Below, piece after piece: positions 14,554 through 29,360 of a DNA stretch of 64,000 bases. A program made the translations under genes and the position numbers. The stretch is from the human T2T-CHM13v2.0 reference genome, Homo sapiens. Every line of letters starts with the position of its first letter. Position 1 is the first letter of the stretch. The DNA lies in assembly GCF_009914755.1 (NCBI RefSeq), contig NC_060929.1; one strand, 5' to 3'. The notes under the pieces are model-generated. The model was not told the origin of the DNA. It was given only the letters and a program-made list of their open reading frames with translations, and did no database searches.

Positions 14554-14909
14554 GTAATCAAACCTGTCATCTGCTAACAGCTCTTTACTGATCTGACCCT
14601 GCACCACATAAACCACGTTTTTAATACAGGTCTAACAGAGTGACATTGGTCCCGGGCTTAATAATCTGCCAATAAACCAGTGCTCTTGGTATAAGCGACA
14701 CTTAGAATTTTAATTGGGGCTGGCCTTTCAGGAGGAAATGTAATTTTTCTTTCTCTCTTACCAGACTATTTTGAATTAGAGTAATAAGGAAGAATGGTAT
14801 TTATGGTCCTTAATTTTTCTGATCATGTCATTTTGGCCTCTGCTTGTTTTTGTCCAGATGCCAAGGTTCAAATTCAAGGCTCTAGTCCTTTTTAAAAATG
14901 CCTCTTCCC

Positions 14910-15240
<331 letters not shown>

Positions 15241-16829
15241 CTATATATTTTTAAAAGTTGCATATTTTAAATACAATTAATTGATCTAAGTATAATTGTA
15301 ATCAATATTTTCGACTGAGTCTTTTCTCTGTGCAAAGAAATTTAAATTCATCAGAGTCCCTCTCAAAGTGTTCTGTTATGCATCTCTTTATGAGCTCATT
15401 TGCATACATTATCTCATTTAATTTCCTTAACAACCTTGTGAACTAAGCAGGGCAGATATTATCATTGACTGAATGAGAAAATTGGGGTCCAGGGAAGTCC
15501 CTGACTTGTCCACTCTCAGATGGTTGATGGGTGGACCTCTTGTTGCCTATGTATTCCTTCTGTGCTCTTTGCATATAGTGAATCTTGTTTCTGGGAGTCA
15601 CTAAATAGTAATAGATAAATAATCCATTGAAACCCTCCCTGTTTCTGACAATAAAACCTTATGAGCAGGAGAAAGGGAACTGCTCTCTATAGCAAGGATA
15701 CACGTACTCACATCACCCACTTAGCTGTCAGTTTGAAGAAGGGTGGCCAGGACGCAGCCCTGCTCCTCCCTAGGAAGGGTTGAGGGACCCTTCCTAGTAG
15801 CACCCCGATCAGAGTGAGCTGCCTTTGCTGTATAGGAATATGACCTCATATTCTTTTTCCTATAAGATCCTCGCAGTGAAGAATAACTTTCTCTCTGTAA
15901 CGTTTGCTTCTTATGTTTAACAAATATACATGTTAGTTGATGTCATGTTAAAATATCATATTTAACAAATATTCATAATGCAATCTAATATAGATTAAAT
16001 AGATAGTTTTATAAATTATTCTTATTATCTTTGAAAAATGGCTCCACAAGCACTTTTTCCATGTATTGTTTATGCTCAGATATGTCATGCATCTGACTGA
16101 AATTCCTGCAGAAGTGTAGACAGTGAAATGGTTACTGTGGACTAGAATAGCCAAGATACTTGATAGAAGAGGGAAGATATTTTATGACCTTTAAATCCAA
16201 TTCATACAGCTTATTGAGCAGTGCCTACCATGTGCTCTATGCCTGGCTTGGACAGTGAAGAACAGGAGGAACTTTCTGGGAAGAAACATCAGGGGTAAAT
16301 GTCTTGAATTGGAAAGAGTAAAACGTATGTATCATTGGTAGCATGGTAATATGGATGAAGACTTGCAAAATAAGGGAACTCCTGTTTGAGAATAAATGGA
16401 TCACAGGTTTGATGGATGGGATGGGAGGTATGGAAGGACCAGTCACCAGATCTGTTTTCTTGGAATTTTGACCAATCCAGTTTCACGAATCAGATTCTTG
16501 TGATCTTAGAAGTGTTATACTAATGATATATTCTTGCAAATCTTTAGCATTTAATTTAAAGAGAAACTTTACTTGCATCACATTTTTGTTATGATGCCTC
16601 TTAGCAAGATATTAAGGTTATTATTCCAGAGGATATTGCGCATGGAAATTTCTTCACAGATGTACTGACCCCGCCCCCTACAAAGTCAGAGGAGTGTCTG
16701 TCTTCAAAGATCTGACATTTAAGCATTATCCTCTTATAAAATACTAATAATCAAATATCCCTTAGCTTTTAACATTAGAAATCAGGAGAGTACTCTCTTA
16801 ACAGATTGAAAAGCATTTGCCTTTTGGTC

Positions 16830-19390
16830 TTTGTTTTGATTTTCCTGGGAAACTCAAAACAACTCTTGCCAAAGTCCCCAGTGATTTCAGTGTGGCTGAA
16901 GCCCATGGATATTTTTCAGTCCTCATCTTCCTTGGCCTCTCATGGACTTTAGACATGTTGATCTGTTTCTCCTCCTTCAAACAGTGTCTCCCCTTGGCTT
17001 TCCCACTTCCTTCCACTCTCTAGCAGCTGACCAGAATGCTGTCATAGACCCTCTCCTCTTCTCACTACACTTCCTTTCAGATAATCTCCTTGTGTGTGGC
17101 CTGCCTACCACGTGTATACACCTGAGTCACAATATTGTATCTCCATCTCAACTCTGTCCTGGGAGCTCCAGACTCTTACCTGTGGTTTGTTTGCAAGGCC
17201 CTCTGTGGCCTGCCCCAGGCTCATGTTCCTACTGGACCTCCTCATACACTTTGCCCTAGCCACCCTGGAATTCTTTCTGGGCCTCAGATGTGCTGTTTCC
17301 TCCACCGTGAGCCTTGTTTTCTCCATCCATAGCCGGCTGCCTCTCATCTTCCAGGGCTCACATTGAATGCCACGGCTTCAGAGAGCCTGTGCTGATTCTC
17401 CCTCTCCACGAGCCCCTCTACCCATTCACAATACATGTTCATTAAATAAGCAAAAACCAACAAAAATAACAGCAAAACCTGCCCTAAATCACCTTCCTTC
17501 TCATCACCTCTCAATGAGAATCAAAGTCAAGGACAGTTTACTGAGTAATGCTGGCAATAATGGACATTGTAGTAAATCATGCATATGATGAAGCCAAAAT
17601 CCACAGTTTAAAGTAGAGTGGAACGGATGAGAAAACAACCCAAAACCCTGATTATGTTATTTCTGATCGCTAGTTGGTGGACCTTGCTTTAAAACACCTC
17701 CATCCCATTCACTTTTTGTCAGAGAACCCTATTTGCTTCCTTCATAGTAATGGTCACAGACTATCTTATCTTTGTTCTTTGGCTTTGTCCTCTAAATCCC
17801 CAGCATCTAGCATATGTTCAGCTCTTGGTGGACATACATACAGAGCCTCAGCACTTGCTGTTCCCTCTGCCAGGAATGCCCTTCTCCCGGACACCCTCCC
17901 AGCGGGCTGCTTTGTTCCTTCCTGCAAGTCATCACCCAAATGGCACCATCACTCAAATTCTTCCCTCACTTCCCTGTCTCTGGGCCCTCTCCAGCCCATG
18001 CCCTGCTGTATTTTTCTCCTTGCCCTGTTCTTGTCACTGCTTAACATGTTACCAGCGCAGTAGAGTTACCCATAGTATGTAATGTTATTTTCCTTTATGT
18101 CTTTTTTGCTTAACTTATTTAGTTGAATCCTTTTAAGCTAAATATACTTACAATGTAATTTCACTGACCTTCAAATCGACTTCTATATTGTGAGTGGCAA
18201 AGAATAAAGGCATGTCTGCCACCGTCATGTAATATGTCCTATTTGAGTATCTTTTAGAAAATTAACAGCTCTATTTATGGCAATTGATTTTAATATCCTT
18301 CTATGTGGGAGAAATACATTTAGAATTAAAATTAACTTAGCTAAATTATTGTTTTTTATTGGGCTCTAAATATACATGTGTAAGGCCTATCACACGCTTT
18401 CAAAGATATATTTCATGAAAAACCATTACTTCATGTTGGGGAAAGGCATGCACTAAAAAAATCAAGTGTCATCAACCAGAAATAACTGGATATTCATGTA
18501 TTAGAGAATTTCTAAGATATAGTTTGTGTGTTCATTCGCTTGTCTCCCCAATTTTTAAAACAGCCTATAAGGTAGATACTATTATGAAATCCATTTCACA
18601 GTTGAGGAAAGAGAGAGACAGAGATGTTCAATAACTCACCTAAGGTCACACAGGTATTAAGTGGTCGATCCAGGAAACAGAGGCCTCTCAATAAATATAT
18701 GTTGAGGTAAACTTGTCACCACATTCTATCACTTACTTGACTTCCCCTTTGGCAAGTCTCACGGGTGCCTCAAACACAAGTTCCAGACAGAGTTGATGAT
18801 CTTCTATTTTACTCCTCTTCTGGGTCTTCTCCCACCACCCTCTGATTATGCAAGCCAGAAACCCAGGAGGCATCCTTGACTTCACCCCTTCCCTCACTAG
18901 CCACATCTAACCTGTCACTTGGTCCCGTCCTTCATTTCTCTAGAATTCCTCCATGGTTCTCCATCCTCAACCTCGTTTGGGCTGCCACCATTGCCCTCTC
19001 GAACTACTGCAGTAGTCTCCAAACTGATCTTGTGTCTGCTTTGAACTTCTCCAGTCCATTCTCCAGCTGGCAGCCAGAATCATCTTTTTCAAAACACAGT
19101 TCAACTCTGTCCCACTCTGCTTAAACTCCCTCAGTAGCTTCCCATTGAGTTTCAGATAAAGCCCAAACTCCTATCCATTCTTCCCAGGTGTGATGGGGCA
19201 CCCCGTGCCCTCCAGCCTCCTCATTCCCACTTTTCTCACTATGTTGGCTTTCGTTTAGGTCTCTGAACCCTCCAGGCTCCCTCTGGCCACAGACTTGCCA
19301 CCTGGCTAGCTCCCTCTGCCTACCCCTAGCCTCTGAGAGCCTTTCTGCCTCCTCTGATGAGGCCCAATCCCCTAGTAAATGATTTTATTT
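16830..19390 (+). mobile_element. Cluster of L2 fragments plus a MIR at about 18560-18680
   Basis: CT-rich L2-like tracts (atggatatttttcagtcctcatctt; caagccagaaacccaggaggcatccttgact) and a MIR core (ccatttcacagttgaggaaa...cctaaggtcacaca). Confidence 0.6.
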
Positions 19391-20230
19391 ACACAGTAGA
19401 CAATAGAGGCTAGATGCATATTTTTTTTCTTAAAATATTGGACTACTTTTATTTTCTTACATAATAATGATATTTATTTAAAGTGCTTTAGGATAGTTCC
19501 TGGATATCATTATGTACAGATTAAAGTTTAAAAATTAAACTTCTGAACCATGAGATAGATTGGTTCCCATTCAAGTAATCCATTCACATTTTACCTACTG
19601 TAATGACTGGAATGTGCTGTAACATACTTTGCACCCCTGGCCTCCCTTCCTGTCTCCTATAATAATGGAGCTGTGTTTTCAAGTTTGGCAGGATGGCTTC
19701 TGTTGGAAATTTGCCCTTTTAAGTTAGGAAGACTGACCCCCATCTTACTGCTCTCTTTCGAAGCTAGTCTAATGGAACAAGTAGACTCAGGACAACTTGG
19801 ACTAAATGCACTGTAAACCACAATGGAAAAACTGCAGTGAGGTATTCCCAGTAGAAATCTTGGAATTCCTTCAAGTATATTGAGATTTTGTTAGAAATTG
19901 AATTGCCAGTGTAATCCATCTTCCTTTTGAGAAAACATTCAGATAAAGAGCTGAGGCCTAGCAGCATTAACTGTTAGAACATCCCTTAAATCAATAAGCT
20001 ACAAATCTGGCCGCACATTCCTGCCGCGCCTGGTGGTGTGCTCAAGTGGCTTTAGGCTGAAGCAGCATGACTGATAGCACATCCTCAACCAGGCACATGC
20101 CTGGCGATGCAGATTCCTGTGTTTACCGTAAGCATTGCCTTGTTCCATTCTACAGAATGCAATTATATTTTGTTTCACATAAGAAAAGCAGTTTTTCTTT
20201 TTTTTTTCTTTTTTTTTTTCTTTTTTTCAG

Positions 20231-20298
20231 ATTTTCCAAATGTGGTTATTGAAGGAGTCCTCCATGGGATATTTTACCCTCATCTACAGCCCAGGTAG
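20231..20298 (+). CDS. SNX24: SNX24 terminal coding exon
   Basis: Very long poly-T tract then cAG|ATTTT. Encodes (D)FPNVVIEGVLHGIFYPHLQPR-TAG. The four exons total 261 nt, an intact frame. Confidence 0.94.
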
Positions 20299-21760
20299 AA
20301 ATCCTACATGGCTAAAAGAAGCAGAAGCAAGTTTCGAAGTCACAGTCAAGGAAATCAATACCTACCAATTTAACCTAAACGCTATGATATATAACAGCTC
20401 TAGCTAGTGGTAAAGTGCACAGTCCCAGCTTAATTCAGGGCAGGGACATTTCCATTAGAATGGTGCTCTTAAAAATAGAAACTGAACCGGGGCGGTGGTC
20501 AGGCTAAGGCCAAGTGTTTAAGAAGTAGAGTGTAGCTGCCAGCGTAGAAACCCATGAAAAGGAGGCCACAGGAGATTCCTGGGAGCACTGGGTGTAGCAA
20601 AACAAAGCCACTCTCTGCTTCAGTCGCACCATTTGCTAATTGAAAATCATATCCTGAATCATACTGAGACTGATCAACTTTGGTAGCTTTTTTGTTCAGA
20701 TCTTATGACACACTACTCTTCTCACCGTGAGATTTTCTCAGCCAGTGATAGTACATTCTGAAATGCTGGCACCAGGAGACGGCCACAGACACACACTGCT
20801 AAATGTGAAGATGGAACTAAACTGGAAATTAAATTATACTGACAATATTATGGCATTTTTAAGATCATGGCATTTTAATTTACATTAGAGTGGAGTTGCA
20901 TCATACTCAGGGGTTAGCTTCCAAGGTCAGTACATAGGTAAAATGGGCTATTAGGATGATCCTTGAAAGCCCTTTAGAAGGGTGCCATGTTGGAAACCTG
21001 TACATCCACAACAAGTAGCTTTTCCTCCTATGTTGGAAAAAAAGACTGTTTCTTTGTTTGAAGACCAAGTGAAGTTGTTGGTGTTTGTTTAGGGGCCATT
21101 TTGTTAAAAAAAAAAAAAAAAAAAGCACATAACTTTTAACACTAGAATCAGCCCGCAAGATGCTTGCCCCGCTAGTGGCAGATGTGAACTGACAAGGAGT
21201 GAAGCGCCCACCCAGCGGATGGACAGCACCCACCTGGGTTTACTCAAGGGTGTGCATTCATTTTAGGTGGGATCGCCACAGGATTTCATGTTATTTTCCT
21301 TACGGCTTCCTTTTCACTGACCTCATTTGTTGAGTTAATGTAAGTTAAATGTGTTTATGATATAACTCCACTGTACATCATCCTTTGAGTAGTAAAGGAT
21401 AAAAGCATATATACTACCTATATGTATGTGCTGTATGTGGGCATTTCATTGAGATCTAATTAATAGCTAGCCTATTTATGGTTATTCGTTTTAGTAAGTT
21501 CTGTGGGAGCAAGGTATTTAAAATCAAAACTAATAACTACATCATGGTTTTTGATTAGGATCTAAATATTCAGGTTTTAAGCCTGCTGCAAACTTTTAAA
21601 ATATTATGATAGATTCTGTACTACATGTGGGAAACAAGCAAGAACTAAATAATCAAATGTTGTCAACCAAAAGTAATAGTTGGGTATTGGAGATTTTTTT
21701 AAAATGTTTTTATGTTATTAGCTATTTGGAGTTAAATAAAAACAGAACAAGGAAACATTT
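20299..21760 (+). other. SNX24: SNX24 3'UTR with AATAAA at 21735-21740
   Basis: Unique sequence after the stop codon. Canonical AATAAA followed by GT/T-rich sequence (tttgagtttgtctt). The exact cleavage site is inferred. Confidence 0.7.
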
Positions 21761-22842
21761 GAGTTTGTCTTCTCCTAAGATTTCACTGGAAACATGGTTT
21801 GTATCTGTCTGTTTACACACACACACACATATGTGCACACACAAAACCTCTCACACATTCACATAGATGTTTATTTCTAATATGATAAGATAAATTATTA
21901 TAATAAATTATCTCATCTATTAAGTCAGTAGATGTTCATTAAATATTTGATGATTTACCAAGATAATAAGAATTTTTTTGAAAAAACCAAGTATCTATAG
22001 TGGTACACTGCCCAAGAAATCTTTTCTGAGAATTAAGTTTTTTCTTAGTGATGACTTTCGCTTTTTATATTTATGTAAATTTTATTTCCCATGTCAAACA
22101 AGTCATATGCAGACATCATAAGATTTGCAGGAGGCACACCTCACAAGAGTGGGAAAACCCAGTCATCACACTTATGCACTACACAAGGATCATATCTATT
22201 TAAACTTTTAATGTGTAATTCTGTCAGGGTTATTGAAGGAACTAGAAACCAGTGTAGGTCTTTTACGCAGAAAAGGCTATAATGCTGAAAACTGAATGCT
22301 TACAGAATCTGTTGGAAGGGTGAGAGGAGTGCACTCCTGGTAGGTGTCCAAGAACAAATTCCAGAATGCCCCAGCAACTTCTAGCACTGACCTGCCTGGG
22401 GAGCTACAGCCTGTGCTGTAAGCAGGAATACAGGGAGTTAGGGGGCTGTGAGCGAAGCTCTTGAGGTAAACAGCATGAGAGCTGCAATCCAGGGATCAGC
22501 AAGTAGAATCAAAAAGGACCTGTTATCTCCATGAGATACGGAGCTCCCAGGAAATATAATGGCGATCTCTCTATGAGGTGCGGCCTCATAGCAGCACCCA
22601 GGAAGCTGGTGACTGGGCCTGCATCACAATTGCCTATCAACATCCGTGGCCTTGCTTGCCAGCAACCACAGCCCAAAGTGGCAGGAGGATGGTATTCGCC
22701 CACTCCCACCTCCCACTCCATAGCTCCCTTCAACGCACATCCAGTTTGTAGAACCTTATTCTCCATCCCAGGTGCAGGGAGTCTGGGAAGAAGCTGCTAG
22801 CCTTCTACAGCTCAGGAATGCACATGGGAAAGATGATGGAAC

Positions 22843-23136
22843 TTTTTTTTTTTTTTTGAAGACGGAGTCTTGCTCTGTTGCCCAGGCTGGAGTGCAGTGG
22901 CACAATCTCAACTCACTGCAACTTCTGCCTCCTGGGTTCAAGCATTCTCTGCCTCAGTCTCCTGGGCAGCTGGGATTACAGGCGCATGCCACCACGCCTG
23001 GCTAATTTTTGTATTTTTAGTAGAGACAGTGTTTCACCATCTTGGCCAGGCTGGTCTTGAACTCCTGACCTCGTGATCCAACCACCTTGGCCTCCCAAAG
23101 TGCTGGGATTACAGGCATGAGCCACCGTGCCCAGCC
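22843..23136 (-). mobile_element. AluS
   Basis: Poly-T followed by a full dimeric Alu. Confidence 0.92.
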
Positions 23137-24174
23137 AGAACATATTTCCATCATTTCCATGGTTGAAAATTTAATAAAAAATATATAAAACTATAGATAA
23201 AAAATAAATTTGTCTCCCATCTCATCTCCTAATACCGAATTCCCGTTCCACAGAAGGGAGTACTTAATGTGTCTGTACTTAATGTGTCTACTTTGAGTAA
23301 TATTTCATCTACATACAAGCAGATATTGTATGTTTAGTGTACATATATTTAATTTCTCCTCTTTTACAAAAATGGTAGCACGCAATACCCATTGCTTTCT
23401 ATTTTTTTTTATTTAACAATATCTTGGCAATCTTTCTGTATCAGTATATAAAGTGCTATTCTCTTTTTAAAAAAAAAAAGCTGTATGGATCTTCTATAAT
23501 TTGTGTAACCACTACCATATTGATAGACATTTTACTTTTCGATTTCACTAGGCATGCCTGGCCCATATTGCTCTACAGGTTGTGCATTGCACAAGTCCAA
23601 GCAGTGTCATTCACATGGACCACAGTGTTAATAGTATTCCAAGTCATGCTTGGAACCCTGCACTTGGGGAAATATCAAAAACTTTAATCATTCAAACCAT
23701 GGATTCACAGGCAATAGAGAAGTAAAGGACAGAGAAAGGAAACCAGAGGAAGGAAAAGGAAAAAAAAAATCCCATTACCACTTAAGTCAGGATGTGGGGA
23801 CATCATTTGTCCTGCCTGGTTCCTGGACTTGGTGTTTTGCCTGGACTGTCTTCGATGCTACCTTATGCAGTGCCTCTCAGGCCTCATCTCTGCCTACTCA
23901 TTCTGCATATTGGCAGCCCTCGTGTCCTTTCTCCTGGTGTCCTTGTTACTGCCCCCATTACAATCAGCCATGTGAACAACCCCAATATCACCATGACCAT
24001 CAATACCTGGTAAATCCTACAGTTACAGTTATAAGTTCCCATTGAAAAGAAGTTGAGCTCTCTTAATCAGTTTAGAGAAATATGATCACACTTTTGAAAT
24101 AACAGATGGTTTTCATCTCATTTGTCAACTTTGATCGATTGACAATGGCTGCTTGAAGTGCTGCATCAAGAAGA

Positions 24175-25235
24175 ATTCTGGCACACCTGTGAGGATGGCT
24201 ACTATCAAAGCAGAAAATAACAAGTGTTGGTGAGGAGGTGGAGAAATTGCAACCCTTGTAACTGTACATTGCTGGTGGAAGTGTGAAATGGTTGCAGCCT
24301 CTGTGGGAAATGGTATAACTTCTTCAAAAAATTAAGCATTGAATTGCTATGTGATTCAGCACTTCCACTTCTGGATATATACCTAAAAGAAGAAAGCAGG
24401 GACTCAAACAGCTATTTGTATAATGATATGGTTTGGCTGTGTCCCCACCCAAATCTCATCTTGAGTTAATCTTAGTTCCCATAATCACCACAGGTCGTCA
24501 GAGGGACCTGCCAGGAGGTAATTGACTCATGGGAGCAGTTACCCCCATGCTGCTGTTCTTATGATAGTGAGTGAGTGCTCGTGAGATCTGATGGTTTTAT
24601 GAGGGGCTTTTCCCCCTTTTGCTTGGCACCTCTCCTTCCTGCCATCATGTGAAGAAGGATGTGTTTGCTTCCCCTTCTGCCAAGATTGTAAGTTTCCTGA
24701 GGCCTCCCCAGACATGTGGAACTGTAAGTCAATTAAACTTCTTTCCTTTATAAATTACCCACTCTCGGGCAGTCCTTTATAGAAGCATGAGAACGGACTA
24801 ATACATATATTCATGTTCATAGCATATATTCATAGTAGCCAAAAGGTGGAAACAACCCAAGTGTCCGGCAATGGATGAATGGATAAAAAGGAAATTCTGA
24901 CACATGCTGCAACACAGATGAACCTTGAAGACATTCAGAGACATAAGCCAGTCACAAAAAAGCAAATACTGTATGATTCCATTTCTATGAAGTATCTAGC
25001 GTAGTCAAATTTATAGAGACAGAAAGTGGAACTTTGGTTGACAGAGGCTGGGGGAAAAGAGGAAATGGAGAATTAGTGTTTAATAGGTTTCAGCTGGGGA
25101 AGATGAAAACATTCTGGAGCTGGCTGGTGGTGATCATTGCTTAACAATGTAATGTACTTAATGCCATAGTATTGTACACTAAAAATGGTTAAAATAAATT
25201 TTATGTCATGTATATTTTACCACAATAAAAACAAT
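24175..25235 (+). mobile_element. L1MB-like 3' fragment, split by the THE1 LTR
   Basis: ORF2 3' and 3'UTR-like sequence (aataacaagtgttggtgaggaggtggagaaattg; aagccagtcacaaaa...caaatactgtatgattcc; ttttaccacaataaaa). Confidence 0.85.
24424..24805 (+). mobile_element. THE1 (THE1D-like) MaLR solo LTR inserted in L1
   Basis: Termini tgatatggtttggctgtgtccccacccaaatctcatc ... gaacggactaataca. Confidence 0.9.
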
Positions 25236-26647
25236 AAAGGCTTTTGAGTGACTGCAGGCTCAGAGAATAAGGCTGTACTGATCAGGTAGCACTGTCTGTC
25301 GTGGGTGCAGGAGAGCTTTTGGCACACATACCAGTTACTAGTCTCACATCCCTGGCAACCTCTACAATCCTGAAACAGTAGTTCTAAACCAGAGATTTGC
25401 ATTAGAATCACTTGGGATTCTGAATCAATAAATCTGGCCAGAGACCTGTCCTTGGGTAGTTAGAAACACCACCCAGTTCACTCTGATACACACCTGTATT
25501 AGGGACCACCAATTGATGGAGATGGTTTATGACCCACCCTTTAGCCATCTTGAATTATTTATTGACTTTCATAACTCCTTCAGAATCCAGTACCAAGAGA
25601 ACATCTGTTCAACTCTTGGGGGTGTTTGTTATATGAGGTCACAGGAAAAGACCCTGAAGAAGCAGGAAGGACAAGTTTGGGTAGTGGTCTCAATAGATGC
25701 ACTATACATAATTGGGAAGTTGTATATTCATTCATTCAGTTGTTCAGTGAAATGCATTTGGGTCCCCCCACTGGATTAAGGCACTATGTTAATTACTTAA
25801 AGAATACAGATGTAATCCTTGCCTTCTGGAATTGTTGGCCATTTACTAGGAAGGGTTTTTCCATCTTAATGAATTGGACATAAAGTTCAGTGATTAAGGC
25901 TGTCTTCTTCCAGTCTCTCTACTCCTTGCAAGTAATTATTTTCATTTTGGCTTTGTTTTGGTTTTTATTCTTGATGATAATTACAGATTTTGAATTCAGC
26001 AGCGGAAACACAGGGAAGTAGCAGGCAGTAACTCAAAACCAAAATGTCTGCAACGTTTATGTTTTCTGTCTGTGCAGATACATAGTGACAGACTGGATTC
26101 TGATGAGGGTGAAGGTCTATTTTTGTGTGACGGGAAGGAGGGCATATTATCTATGTTAAGTCATTGGAATACACTTAATTTACTAGAAGAAAATTTTGTG
26201 TCCTAAGAATGTGGTTGTAAATCTGGCCTATAAAATGTGAACCATTTTCTGTTTTCATTACACTTAACAGTAGTTACAGTGACAGCTAGGACATTGGTGT
26301 CCCTAGCTACAATATTCTATGTCATTTAGATACTCCTATGAACTCCTATGTACTGAGTTTCTACTGGATGTCATGTATTGTTGGACTAGGGTTTTGCATA
26401 TTTTATCACGTTAAGTTCTTTACAGAGTAGTTTTTAGTGCCCCATTTTACTGAAGAAGAAATTGAAGATCAGAGACATTAATAAAAATAGTAGCTAACAT
26501 GAATGAATACTAATTTAGGGGCCAAGAGGCACTGGGCTAAATCATGTTAATGGACCATCTCATTGAAGCTTCACAACATCTTTAAAAATGTGTGTATTCT
26601 TATTCCAATTTAAAGTGATTAAAAGGAAGCTTAGAGAAGTGAAATAG

Positions 26648-27049
<402 letters not shown>

Positions 27050-27149
27050 TAAATCAGAACTAGTATTGCAATAGCTGCTAATATTTCCACAATGTTATAA
27101 ATTGCAAAGTGCTTTCCCATCTCACTTGATTAAACCAAGCTCCATGCTA

Positions 27150-27760
27150 ACAGCAGCCTCCTCCCAGGGCTCTTTGATTTCATTTTTACTGCAGTCCATT
27201 CTCGACACAAAAACCAGGGTGATCTTTTTAAAATGTTGATCAGATCATATCACTCTCTTGCTCAAAGTTTTCCAGTAGATTCCATTCCCACTAAGAAAAA
27301 CATTTAAATTTCTGCTGCCCTCTCCGAGTTCTTTCTACATTCTTCCTGCAGGTGCTTACTGGCAACAGTGGCCTTTCAGTTCCTAGAACATGCCAACCTT
27401 GGTCTCTCCACAAGACCTTTGGACCTGCCAGTCTCTGCCTGAAACCCTTTTCATCCTTCTTCAAAGGCTGACTCATTCTCACCCATTAGGTATCAGCTTA
27501 AATGTCATCTTTTCAAAGAGTTCTTCTTCAGTCACCCCATCTAAAGTAGCACCCTAGGCCCCACTCCATACCATTATTCTATTGTTGCTTCCTTCAGAGC
27601 TGCTATCACCATCTGAAGTTATCCTGTTTATTTGTGAACTTGTTACTGCCTTTCTCCTTCAAAGAATGTGAACTCCATCAGAGCAGGGGTAGCGTCTGAC
27701 TTGTGAACAGTTTCTCTAGTGTGAGGCCCAGAGTCAATGTGAAGAACAACTGTTGAATGG
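27150..27760 (+). mobile_element. L2 3' fragment
   Basis: gatctttttaaaatg...cagatcatatcactctcttgctcaaa; gaatgtgaactccatcagagcaggg. Confidence 0.65.
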
Positions 27761-28080
27761 GTGGGTGGATGGCAGCCTATGTTCTGGCCCCCAGTTCAGT
27801 GCTGGCTGCATATTCCATAGCAGGGGTTTCAGAACTGTGTTTTGAGTAAATGACCTTGAAATCAAGATTGGCTAACATCTTCCCGGATTCCAGGTGTGAT
27901 TTGTTACATCCTCCTTGTTCTGAAAACAGTGACTGTGTATAGTTTGCTCACCAGTCTGACAAAGAGTGGTTAATGGATTATGTAACTACATATTTGGATG
28001 ATCTCTTAAATGTCTATTCTTTTTACAAATACCTAAGCTAATTCAGTGTTTATAAACCATAGCTTCGTGACACCCCAGGA

Positions 28081-28243
28081 CAGTGGTTTTCAAAGTGTGA
28101 ACTCTGAACCAGTAGCATCAGCATCACCCAAGAACTCTGTACAACTTTTCAGGCCCTACCCCAGACTTGCTGAATCAGGCAGTCTGGAGAGCTGACTAGC
28201 CCTCCGGGTGATTCTGATGCACCATAAAGTTTGAGAACCACAG
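28081..28243. mobile_element. MER5A (hAT-Charlie) DNA transposon relic
   Basis: Terminal inverted repeats cagtggttttcaaa ... tttgagaaccacag. Internal agcatcagcatcacc and ggtgattctgatgca. Confidence 0.85.
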
Positions 28244-28659
28244 TCCTAGGGCACTTCAAATTATTTTCATATTGTGCATTTTTAAATGTTCAATTTCTTT
28301 TTAATTAAAAAAGAAAAAAAAACACCTCAATACTTCTAGAAGGAGCTGGCACAAAATCAAACAGAATGCCAGCATGGCTACTGCAAGAAGCTGGTGACTT
28401 TGTAGTGGGGGTTTCAGGCATGAGCCACCCTTTAAGGCAGCAGTCCAGTGCTCAGCAACTCAAGCAAATAACAGGATGACTGGACAAAATAAGTAAGGTA
28501 TTTTAAATGTAATAAAAAATATACCATTCACTTAGAAATTGCCATATTTTACATGAATTTTATACCTAGTTATAGTAACTTTTCTTCATCACAGCAGGCA
28601 ACATGGTGTTTTTCTAAAACCTTGGTATCTTTCCAAATTCGACCTTGGTAAACTAGAAT

Positions 28660-29360
28660 CCTTGCCCTTATGAAACTTACAGAATAATGTGATATTGGCT
28701 GGATAAATATTTGAACAATTGTAATTATAAAGTATGTGTTAAGTGTTGATGAAGGAAAATAAGAAGGTTTACTTGTACATAGGTAAGATACCTAGATTTG
28801 GGCAGGCAAGGGCCCTTCTCTGAGATAGTGACATTGAAGTTGAGACCTAAAGAATATTGGAGGAATTAGCCAGGAAAAGCAACAGGGAAGGGGAAGGGTG
28901 TTGCAGGGACATCAGCAAGTTACAAAGCCCCAAATCAGAAGAGAGCTTCAGTCAAGGTCCTGAAGGAAAGCCAGTGAGCCTGGAGGATAATGAGGGGCTA
29001 CGGCTAGTGAGGTGGGCAAACTATGCAATTTAGGGTAATGTATATAATGGCTCACACTTTATCTGAGTTATTTTTAAAAGACTACTGCAGTTGCTTGTGA
29101 AGAGTGGACTGGACAGGCTCAGGATTTGAAGCAGAGAGACTTAGGAGGCCACTTGAGTAGATGAGAAGTGACCTGGTGTAGGGTGGCAGCAGTGGAGAGG
29201 ATGAGATACAGAGATTCAGGATGTATTGCAGCGCTATAAGTGAACTCGCTGATGGATTTGGATGTGGAAGGTAAAGGGAAGGGAGGAAGAAGTGAAGGAT
29301 GGGTTTCTGGCTTGAACAACTGGGTGGATGTTGGTGCTATTCATGGATGGAGGTTGGAAG
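28660..29360 (-). mobile_element. L2 fragment
   Basis: GA-rich antisense L2 (gtgacattgaagttgagacctaaagaat; ctgatggatttggatgtggaagg; tctggcttgaacaactgggtggatg). Confidence 0.65.

Noticed and set aside
21160-21225. CTCF-like motifs in the SNX24 3'UTR (also at about 20020-20040 and 57940-57955)
   Set aside because: Each has a spacing shift or mismatches against the core CCASYAGRKGGC.
23260-23289. Short perfect tandem duplications (gtacttaatgtgtct x2 here; aaacgtacctga x2 at 31105-31128)
   Set aside because: Two-copy slippage duplications with no spacers. Not CRISPR-like and common in mammalian DNA.
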